Shown here piece by piece: positions 54,834-62,742 of a DNA stretch of 64,000 nt. This DNA comes from Gemmiger formicilis (GTDB taxonomy: Bacteria > Bacillota_I > Bacilli_A > RFN20 > CAG-826): positions 1,616 to 65,615 of the forward strand of contig CAVFXI010000037.1 of assembly GCA_963626345.1 (NCBI GenBank), written 5' to 3'. Made by a program: the position numbers and the translations under genes. Every line of letters begins with the position of its first letter. Position 1 is the first letter of the stretch. The notes below the pieces were generated by a model, which ran no database searches, was not told the origin of the DNA, and saw nothing but the letters and a program-made list of their open reading frames with translations.

Positions 54834-55699
54834 TTTAAGGAAGTTTCAAAAATACCTAAAATTGAATTTAATTTATCATCCACTTTTCCAAAAATAATTG
54901 GAAAGTTATACCCTAACAAGATCGTTCCAAGCGATCTTGTTTTTTTATCTAAAGTATTTGCAGTTTGATCTTCAATAGGACTATAGAGTTTCTTGCCAAT
55001 TTTAACTAAAAATGTATCGTTAAATTTATCATTTTTTATTTTCTCGGTTGCTTCGAAAGATAATTTAAACCCTTCAAGTAAACCAGAAGCAAATGAACTT
55101 TTTGAAACAATAAAATCACAATCAGGATTCAAAAGTTCGGATGGTGAAAGTAAACCTTTATAATCAAAATCATCTGATAGTTGGTTATTTATTTCATTTG
55201 TGAACTTATCTTTTGAATCTAATAATTTATATGTTTTTTGTTTATGTTTGTCTTTTATATTTAAGTAGTCGTTAAATAAATCTATAGCATTTCTAATATC
55301 ATCAAAGGTTTCATTATTAATATCATCAACATTTACTAGGGTAACTGGTTTTTTATAATTAAATGTTTTTAAAGTTGCGCCCGTAACAAGAGTTTTCTCT
55401 TTTGTTTTAAAATCTAAAATATCAGATGCAATCTTAATTACATCATTTATGCTACTAAAGCATGTAAGAACATTATTCTTTTCTTTGGATAGAGATAAGG
55501 CTTTATTTATGGCTTCATTCTCATCTTTTTCGTCAATAATAGTAATCCCTTTTTCATCGTTAATTGTAAATAACTGATCGGTAGGCCCAATTAATGTAAA
55601 TGTAGTATTATTCTTGTCTTTTTTTAAAAATATTTTTATTGCTTGACTTATTTCTTTTATATTTTGATTTTTCTTTGTAAATTCAATAATGATATTCAT
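54830..55699 (-). CDS. Divergent PlsX-like (phosphate acyltransferase family) paralog lacking the N-terminal GGD motif
   Basis: ITIIDEKDENEAINKAL, LLNPDCDFIVSKSSFASGLLEGFK and GTILLGYNFPIIFGK parallel PlsX blocks (ITIIH..., [40 protein letters not shown]). The N-terminus is MNIIIEFTKKN instead of ...AVDAMGGD. Confidence 0.45.
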   Translation of the reverse strand: MNIIIEFTKKNQNIKEISQAIKIFLKKDKNNTTFTLIGPTDQLFTINDEKGITIIDEKDENEAINKALSLSKEKNNVLTCFSSINDVIKIASDILDFKTKEKTLVTGATLKTFNYKKPVTLVNVDDINNETFDDIRNAIDLFNDYLNIKDKHKQKTYKLLDSKDKFTNEINNQLSDDFDYKGLLSPSELLNPDCDFIVSKSSFASGLLEGFKLSFEATEKIKNDKFNDTFLVKIGKKLYSPIEDQTANTLDKKTRSLGTILLGYNFPIIFGKVDDKLNSILGIFETSLN

Positions 55700-55833
55700 G
55701 TTTTTTCTCCGTTTGCCTAATATTATTTTATAACATTTTAAACAGTTCTTATATTGAGAAAAATCTATAAATAATGGAATATTTTATTTATAAATAAAAC
55801 CCATCACTTATTAGATGATGAGTTATTTTTAAA

Positions 55834-56817
55834 TTAGAGTAATTTAATATTTTCCTTTTTAGCTTTTGCTTTTTCTTCTTCGTTCCAGATTGAAGATTGA
55901 ACTTCGCCAATATGTATTTTATTTAACATTACTAAACATAGTCTTGATTGGCCAATTCCTCCTCCTATAGATAATGGAAGTTCATCATTAATTAAAGCTT
56001 GATGAAATGGGAGTGAAAGTCTATCTAAATTATTTGTTAATTCAAGTTGTTTGACCAAAGAATTTTTATCGACTCTAATGCCCATTGAAGAAATTTCAAC
56101 GGCTTGTTCAAGAGGAGGATAATAAACTAAAATGTCGCCATTAAGTTTCCAGTCATCATAATCAGGAGCGCGTAAGTCATGCGGTTTTTTATTTGCTAAT
56201 TTGCCACCAATCCCAATTACGAAAACTGTTCCATACTTTTTACAGATCTCTGTTTCTCTTTCTTTAGGCGTCAAATTTGGGTATAAAGATAATAATTTTT
56301 TTGAAGTGATAAAAGTGATGTTTTTATCAAAAACCCTATCCAATTGTGGGTATTTTTCAAGTATGACACGTTGAGTTGCAAGTATGGCTTTATATATTTT
56401 CTTAACTGTTTTCTTTAAAAAAGGAATGTTTCGTTCCTTTTCATTTATATGTTTTTCCCAATCCCATTGATCAACATATATAGAATGCAAATTATCTTCT
56501 TTTTCATCCTTTCTAATAGCATTCATATCTGTATATATTCCTGAATCAATTGGAATATCATACACATTTAACGCATATCTTTTCCATTTAGCTAATGAAT
56601 GAACGATTTCAATTTCATCATCAACTCCAGCAATATTAAAAGAAACTGGTTTTTCTACACCATTTAAATTGTCGTTTAAACCGCTTGATTTATTAACAAA
56701 TAATGGACCTGAAACCCTTAATAAATTTAGTTCTTTTGCAAGGTTTTTCTCAAAAGAATCTTTGATAATTTTTATACCTTTTTCGGTATCTATTAAATTT
56801 AACTTTGTTGTATACAT
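55834..56817 (-). CDS. asnA: Aspartate--ammonia ligase (asparagine synthetase A)
   Basis: LLRVSGPLFV, SGLNDNLNGVEKPVSF, HSIYVDQWDWEK and GGGIGQSRLCLVML are diagnostic AsnA blocks. Confidence 0.92.
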   Translation of the reverse strand: MYTTKLNLIDTEKGIKIIKDSFEKNLAKELNLLRVSGPLFVNKSSGLNDNLNGVEKPVSFNIAGVDDEIEIVHSLAKWKRYALNVYDIPIDSGIYTDMNAIRKDEKEDNLHSIYVDQWDWEKHINEKERNIPFLKKTVKKIYKAILATQRVILEKYPQLDRVFDKNITFITSKKLLSLYPNLTPKERETEICKKYGTVFVIGIGGKLANKKPHDLRAPDYDDWKLNGDILVYYPPLEQAVEISSMGIRVDKNSLVKQLELTNNLDRLSLPFHQALINDELPLSIGGGIGQSRLCLVMLNKIHIGEVQSSIWNEEEKAKAKKENIKLL

Positions 56818-56919
56818 GTGATAAGTATAAGTTAAGTTTATTTTTTGAGAAGATGGAAGTTAATAATTTGTATATATTTTCGTTTTCATGAAAAGATGAA
56901 AATTTTTCCAAAAAAAGTG

Positions 56920-56947
56920 TTGACACTATTTTTGCTCATGATATTAT
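56920..56947 (+). promoter_or_regulatory. Near-consensus promoter for the 44-aa ORF
   Basis: TTGACA (56920-56925), a 16-nt spacer, then an extended -10 TGaTATTAT (56939-56947). A 9-bp leader hairpin follows at 56955-56980. Confidence 0.55.
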
Positions 56948-57013
56948 TTAGAACCCAAACGATTTTTACGGATTGTTTGGATTCCACACGAAAAGAAAAG
57001 GAGGAAATATTGT

Positions 57014-57148
57014 ATGGCAAAAATGATTAAAAAGATCGCCAAAACAATGGGATTCTCCAAAAAAAGTAAGATGAACGTAAGTCGTAGTTTTATTGATTTT
57101 GTTGATTCCTATGTAGAAAATGTTGATCCTAAAAATTTTAACTTCTAA
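57014..57148 (+). CDS. Unannotated small protein (44 aa, basic N-terminus, acidic C-terminus)
   Basis: ATG at 57014 is preceded by AAAGGAGG with 9-nt spacing. The product is MAKMIKKIAKTMGFSKKSKMNVSRSFIDFVDSYVENVDPKNFNF*. It has its own promoter and terminator. It falls below the ORF-track length cutoff. Confidence 0.55.
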   Translation: MAKMIKKIAKTMGFSKKSKMNVSRSFIDFVDSYVENVDPKNFNF

Positions 57149-57170
57149 GTTTGAAGGATTGATTAGCAAA

Positions 57171-57197
57171 AAAGACGCGTTATGGAGCGTCTTTTTT
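57171..57197. terminator. Bidirectional terminator (small ORF / GT2 gene)
   Basis: AAAGACGC / GCGTCTTT stem and an 8-nt loop, flanked by A6 on the left and T6 on the right. Confidence 0.75.
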
Positions 57198-57260
57198 AGT
57201 GGAGAAATTTCAATATTGATCCCTATAACTTATAATAGGTTAAGCTATAGATATTGATTT

Positions 57261-58889
57261 TTAGTCTTTAGCGAGTCTTTTATATTGCTTATTAATTGAG
57301 ACATTTATATTAGATAACGCAATTATAAATGGAGCAGAAGCGCAACCAACTACCAAAAATATAACTGGTAAAATACTGCCACAAGAGAGTATGGCAAATG
57401 TGCCTAATATTATTCCAAAAATTAATGAATCCAATGAATATTTAATTATTTCAATAAAGCTGAATTTTTCTGATTCTTTAGGTGTAACAATAAATTTGGC
57501 TTTTTTGCCTAATAAGCCGAGGAATAATGTTTTTAACATCATAGGAGCAAAAGAAGCATAAGTTGCAATATTTAATAAGAAATAAGGTATTAATAATAGT
57601 GCATTTTTTGTTCTTTTATAGACAAATAAATCAGGAATAAGTGGCGAGCATAAGAATACAATCATAATTAAATAAACAATTAAAGAATATTTAATAATTG
57701 GATATCCTAAAAATCCTAGGCAAATTGTACATAATGTTAATAAGAAACTTAATAATGGAACAATTGGCAAACTATAATGTGATAGTTTTATGTCAAGTTT
57801 TTCAAACCACGACATCTTGCTGTTATCAATGTCTTTGTTATATTTTCTCATATATTCAAGATTTCCTTGAGTCCATTTGCATTGTCTTTTCTTAAGAGAA
57901 ACATAATTAATAGGGAATTCTTCATAACAAAGAATGTCAGGCGCATAAATGATATCTAATCCAGCATTTTTAATTTCAACAGCGAATGATATATCTTCTG
58001 CAACAACCAAAGGGAATCCTCCAGTTTTTTCATAACATTCTTTGCTTATTGTCATTCCATGGCCAATTAAAGCGTTGGATCCATAGAAATTTTTAATAAC
58101 TTGGACTGTTTCGCCATTACTGCCAACACAAAGCCCCATTAATCTTTGGAATACATTTTCTCCTTTTTGTGCCTTGTGTTTTGCTTGGACTGCTCCACAG
58201 TTTTTGTTGTATGCAAAATATTTGAGCACTTGTCTTATATAATTTGATGGAATCACTTCATCGCTATCTAAAACAACGAAATAATCATAATCTGTTCTGC
58301 CTTTTAAATAATTGTTTAGATTTCCTGCTTTATATCCGATTTTATTTTTTCTTCGAATTACTTCAATGTCTTTATGAAGATTTTTAAAAGCATCTATTTC
58401 ATCAAGATATTTTTTATCTTTGCTATCATCTAAAATAATAGTTTTGAAGTTTGGATAATCTTGTTTCATACATTTTGATAAAGCAGTTTTATTGAAATCA
58501 TTGCATGTGCAATACAATAATAAAACACGTGGTGATGAATCTTTATCAAATGGTATTTCCTTTATTTTTGTGTATTCTTGATTTATTTTTTTGTGGAATA
58601 ATGCATAACTTAATGAGAATATAAAATCTTTAATGCTTCCTAACCATAACATTGAAAGAACAACGCTATTAATAGTTAATAAAGAGATGATAACAATTGT
58701 TTTAATGCTTGAAAAATCATCTAATTTTAAAATGATTCTTGTTAAAGATATACCTAATATAAGAATGCAAATAGCCCATAAAGTAAGAATAATAATATAG
58801 AGAGTTGGTTTCTTTTTCATAAAATATAGCTTTAAAGCTTCCTCCGTTTTTTCAATACATAGAACAAAAGAAGTTTTAATTTTGTCCAT
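57261..58889 (-). CDS. Membrane-embedded processive family-2 glycosyltransferase (cellulose/chitin/hyaluronan-synthase-like)
   Basis: D, D, D, QxxRW-type signature: LLLYCTCNDF, IILDDS, VVLDSDE, VAEDISF and RQCKWTQGN. TM helices lie at both ends. An alternative start is at M24. Confidence 0.82.
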   Translation of the reverse strand: MDKIKTSFVLCIEKTEEALKLYFMKKKPTLYIIILTLWAICILILGISLTRIILKLDDFSSIKTIVIISLLTINSVVLSMLWLGSIKDFIFSLSYALFHKKINQEYTKIKEIPFDKDSSPRVLLLYCTCNDFNKTALSKCMKQDYPNFKTIILDDSKDKKYLDEIDAFKNLHKDIEVIRRKNKIGYKAGNLNNYLKGRTDYDYFVVLDSDEVIPSNYIRQVLKYFAYNKNCGAVQAKHKAQKGENVFQRLMGLCVGSNGETVQVIKNFYGSNALIGHGMTISKECYEKTGGFPLVVAEDISFAVEIKNAGLDIIYAPDILCYEEFPINYVSLKKRQCKWTQGNLEYMRKYNKDIDNSKMSWFEKLDIKLSHYSLPIVPLLSFLLTLCTICLGFLGYPIIKYSLIVYLIMIVFLCSPLIPDLFVYKRTKNALLLIPYFLLNIATYASFAPMMLKTLFLGLLGKKAKFIVTPKESEKFSFIEIIKYSLDSLIFGIILGTFAILSCGSILPVIFLVVGCASAPFIIALSNINVSINKQYKRLAKD

Positions 58890-58965
58890 AAATTTGACTA
58901 AATATTTTGTTCTTTACAAGTTAATGCTATAAGAAATACAATAAAAATTAGGTTGGAGTATTTAA

Positions 58966-59499
58966 GTGAATAACGAATTGCATGAAAAAACTGAACAAGC
59001 ACTTTCTTTAATTAAAGAAGGTAAAGATAGTGGGGTTGATTTATTGTATTTTTCAATGGGTAAGGTAATGTTAGCTATTGCAAGAGGTATTATTAAAGAC
59101 TCTTTTGCTGCAGAAGATATCGTTCAAGAAAGTTTTCTTAAAATTGTGCAAAACATTGATAAATATAAAACTGGAACAAATGGGTATTCGTGGGTTTGTA
59201 TGGTCGTTAGAAATACCGCTTTGAATACTCTTAAAGAAAAACAGGGTTCTCAAGTAGATGATATTGATGAATTTTTTGCTATTTCAACGGATGAAGATAT
59301 TAAAGAAGAGACATCGACACAACTTTTGGTGGAAAAATTAATGAATTCATTAGCTCCGCCAATTGTTAAGAAGATGGTTTATATGAAATATTTTTTGGAT
59401 ATGACCGTTAGAGAAATTGCTAAAGAAGTAGGAAAATCAAAATCTTATGTTGCAAAAGAAATTGCTAAAGCAGAAGAATATATGAAAACTTTAATTTAA
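58966..59499 (+). CDS. ECF-type sigma-70 family RNA polymerase sigma factor
   Basis: Region 2 is EDIVQESFLKIVQNIDKY and region 4 HTH is VREIAKEVGKSKSYVAKEI. It has a GTG start with GGAG upstream. Confidence 0.8.
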   Translation: MNNELHEKTEQALSLIKEGKDSGVDLLYFSMGKVMLAIARGIIKDSFAAEDIVQESFLKIVQNIDKYKTGTNGYSWVCMVVRNTALNTLKEKQGSQVDDIDEFFAISTDEDIKEETSTQLLVEKLMNSLAPPIVKKMVYMKYFLDMTVREIAKEVGKSKSYVAKEIAKAEEYMKTLI

Positions 59500-59549
59500 G
59501 TGGACAAAAATAAATTTTAAATTGTTTTATATTACAAGGAGGCGACTAA

Positions 59550-60284
59550 ATGAAAAAGCATGATAAAAAAGATCAAAAACTAAATGCGATATTTTCTAAA
59601 TATATAGATGAAGGTAAAATGCCTTCTAAAAATGTTACTTGTGCGGCTAAAGATTATTTAAATAAAGAATGCGTAGTTGAAGAATCTTTAGTTCCTGCAA
59701 CAGCAACAACAAATAATCATGGTTTAAACAATTCCCTTAATAGTTCTAAAAACAATAAAATTATTTATTTAGTCGCCTTTATAATGTTTGCAATTTTAAT
59801 AGCTTTTACAAGTTATTATTTTACAAAAAAATCAATTAATTCAGTTCAAGGGGTTGGCTTAAGCCCAATTTCAATGAATGATCTAGATAAAAACTATGAA
59901 AATTATAAAACTAAAGAATTTCTACCATTTGTTGAAGAGAAAAAGGTTAAATCTTATATTGAATATAATTTAAAAGAAGATACAAGTTCTTATAAAGCCG
60001 GAGATACTGTGGCTTATTTTGTTGATTATAATAGTAGCGAAGATGTTGAAATTAGTTTATATATTGAAAAAAATGGAATATATCTTATTGATTTAGCCGA
60101 ATATAAAAAAGCAATTAGTAATGAAAAAATTAATGATATTACGTTCTTTTATAATTTCAAAACTGATGAATGTTTATATTATTTTAATCATAAAAATTAT
60201 GGATATAATTTAACAATCAATTCTTCTGATAAAACTTTAATCACAAATTATTTAACTTATATAACAGATTGTTTTAATAAATAA
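59550..60284 (+). CDS. Single-pass membrane protein, probable cognate anti-sigma factor
   Basis: It sits immediately downstream of the sigma gene. It has an ~80-aa cytoplasmic N-terminus, one TM (IIYLVAFIMFAILIAFTSYYF) and a ~140-aa external domain. Strong RBS AAGGAGG. Confidence 0.5.
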   Translation: MKKHDKKDQKLNAIFSKYIDEGKMPSKNVTCAAKDYLNKECVVEESLVPATATTNNHGLNNSLNSSKNNKIIYLVAFIMFAILIAFTSYYFTKKSINSVQGVGLSPISMNDLDKNYENYKTKEFLPFVEEKKVKSYIEYNLKEDTSSYKAGDTVAYFVDYNSSEDVEISLYIEKNGIYLIDLAEYKKAISNEKINDITFFYNFKTDECLYYFNHKNYGYNLTINSSDKTLITNYLTYITDCFNK

Positions 60285-60358
60285 ATTTTAGGTGTATTAA
60301 GTTTTATAAAGTTAGCATTTGTTTTGCTTATATATCATTTTTGGTTATAATAATTGCC

Positions 60359-61150
60359 ATGAAATTATTTGTATTTGATGTTGACGGAACTCTTGTCTAT
60401 TCTTTTGGAAGATTAAGAAAAAGAACTATTTCTAATTTAAATAATATTTTAGATAGAGGAGATGCAATAGCTATTGCTAGTGGTAGACCATATGTTGGAA
60501 TTAAGAAATTTTTAGATTTATTACATGATGGTAAAAAGTTTGCAATTGCTGCAAATGGTGGAGCGACTTATGACTATGAAGGGAATGTTTTAGAAACAGT
60601 TTCTTTAACATATAGGGATTTTGTGGAATTTAACAATAAATACGAACAAGAAGTAAAAAAATATAAAGGAGCAATATATTGCTATACAATTGACAAAATT
60701 GGTTATTTTTATAAAACTAGGAATACTGTAATGGAATCGATTTGTAATAGCAATATTGGATTACAAGATTTTAATAAAGAACCATTAAAAGATGATGATA
60801 TTATTTTAAAAATTATGGTATCAATGCAAAAAAATGAATTTGAAGCAATTGGTTTTAAAGAAGAAAAAAATAAATACCATTTTGTTGATAGTTCAGTTTT
60901 ATATCATGAATTCGTTAATAAGGATACAGATAAAGTTAGAGGTGTTAAAACGCTTGTAAAATTATTAAATATTAAAGATGAAGATTGCTATTGTTTCGGC
61001 GATGAAATGAATGATTATGAGATGATTAAAACATATAATGGTGTTGCGATGGGCAATGCAGTTTCACAAGTTAAAGAAGTAGCAAAGATATGCACTAAAG
61101 ATTGTAAAGAAGATGGCGTTTCTTACGCCTTAGAGGAATTAATTAAATAG
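60359..61150 (+). CDS. Cof-type HAD-IIB phosphatase
   Basis: FVFDVDGTL (DxDGT), ASGRP and FGDEMNDYEM motifs. Confidence 0.85.
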   Translation: MKLFVFDVDGTLVYSFGRLRKRTISNLNNILDRGDAIAIASGRPYVGIKKFLDLLHDGKKFAIAANGGATYDYEGNVLETVSLTYRDFVEFNNKYEQEVKKYKGAIYCYTIDKIGYFYKTRNTVMESICNSNIGLQDFNKEPLKDDDIILKIMVSMQKNEFEAIGFKEEKNKYHFVDSSVLYHEFVNKDTDKVRGVKTLVKLLNIKDEDCYCFGDEMNDYEMIKTYNGVAMGNAVSQVKEVAKICTKDCKEDGVSYALEELIK

Positions 61151-61153
61151 TTT

Positions 61154-62560
61154 ATGCTTGAATTTAAAGAATATGATTTAAAAGAGGTTAAAGAAAAATT
61201 TCACTCTTATTTTAAAAATGAAAATACATATTTAAGTTGTGATTATACACTTGGTGAAAAGTTGATGTGGCATAAGTATTTCAAAAGTAGTTATGCAATT
61301 GTTGATGAAACATTAACTTTTAAAGAAATATATGATGATAATTGCTATTCTTTTTATTATCCAATGGGTAAAAATATTGATAAAATGTTTTCTCTAATTA
61401 AAGAATATGAATTAAATAGCAAATGCAAAAAATTAGAATTTTGTTGCGTTGACGAATCGCATTTAGAAGATTTAAAGAAAAGATTTCCACATTCTGATTT
61501 TTATTTTGATAGAAACTGGTCTGACTATATTTATTTAAATAAAGACTTTCAAACTTTTGCAGGAGGGGCTTACTCAAGTAAAAGACATCATGTAAAACAA
61601 TTTAAAAAAGATTATCCTAATGCCATTTTTAGGAAATGTTCATCTATGGATAAAGATAAAATTATTAGTTTCATCCATGAATTTAGCAAGACCAAACCAA
61701 TAGATTCTGAAGAAGCTAAAAATGAACTTAATCAATCTATAACAATAGCAAATGATTTTGATGAACTTGGATTAGATTGCTTTTGTATTGAGATTGATAA
61801 TAAAATTATTGCAATTTCTATTTGTGAAATTTTAAATGATTGCATATATGATCATGTTGAAAAAGCTTTAAGGGAATACAAATCTGTTTACCCTTATTTT
61901 GTCCAATGTATCGCGAATTATTACAAGGATATAAAATATTTTAGTAGAGAAGACGATTCTGGCGATGAAGGTTTAAGATATTCAAAGCTTGAATATAAAC
62001 CAATTAAATTGGTAAATAAATATATGTTTTATGTTAGAAACAATTTAGATTTATTGAATGAGATCCCAACTTTAAAAGTGAATGATTTAATTTCGCTAAC
62101 AGAAATAAAAGAAGAAGACAAAGATGAATATTTTGATTTAAATGTAGATAAAGATTTAAATAAATATTGGGGATATGATTATACAAAAGATTTAAATGGG
62201 AAAGAATTAAATCCTGACTTCTTTTATAATATGGTTCAAGATGATTTTAATGACAAAACTTGGTTTAGTTTTGCTATAAGAAAAAATGGGAAATTAATTG
62301 GCGAAATTGTTCTAGGAGAGGTAAACAATAATAATGAATGCGAAGTTGGGTATCGCCTTATAAAGAGCGAGCGAAAACAAGGTTTCACATATGAATCTAT
62401 GCGTGTCATACTTGAATTTCTATATAGGAAAGTCGGTCTTTCTGGAGTTAAAGCAAAAGCATGTCAAGAAAATACCCCTTCAATTAATCTTTTAAAGAAG
62501 CTTGGTTTTGTAGAAGTTTCAAATGATGAAATTTTTAAATATTTTAAGTTTAATCGTTAG
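61154..62560 (+). CDS. DUF2156 (MprF C-terminal/LPG_synthase_C-like) domain fused to a C-terminal GNAT (RimJ/L-like) acetyltransferase domain
   Basis: The N-terminal ~300 aa has ...FAGGAYSSKRHHVKQFKKDYP..., typical of DUF2156. The C-terminal ~150 aa has ...VGYRLIKSERKQGFTYESMRVILEF... Confidence 0.6.
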   Translation: MLEFKEYDLKEVKEKFHSYFKNENTYLSCDYTLGEKLMWHKYFKSSYAIVDETLTFKEIYDDNCYSFYYPMGKNIDKMFSLIKEYELNSKCKKLEFCCVDESHLEDLKKRFPHSDFYFDRNWSDYIYLNKDFQTFAGGAYSSKRHHVKQFKKDYPNAIFRKCSSMDKDKIISFIHEFSKTKPIDSEEAKNELNQSITIANDFDELGLDCFCIEIDNKIIAISICEILNDCIYDHVEKALREYKSVYPYFVQCIANYYKDIKYFSREDDSGDEGLRYSKLEYKPIKLVNKYMFYVRNNLDLLNEIPTLKVNDLISLTEIKEEDKDEYFDLNVDKDLNKYWGYDYTKDLNGKELNPDFFYNMVQDDFNDKTWFSFAIRKNGKLIGEIVLGEVNNNNECEVGYRLIKSERKQGFTYESMRVILEFLYRKVGLSGVKAKACQENTPSINLLKKLGFVEVSNDEIFKYFKFNR

Positions 62561-62742
62561 ATTTAGTTAATTATTTATAGAATTATCAATACTTAAGTTT
62601 TAGAGTTGCAATGAATTATTATGGAAACAATAAAGTATTCATTTAGAAATTTTTAGATTGAATTTGATGTATTTTAGTAGATATAAATTTGCTTTTATTC
62701 TAGGAATAAAAGTGTAAAATATGCTTCGTGAGTTTAGGTGAA

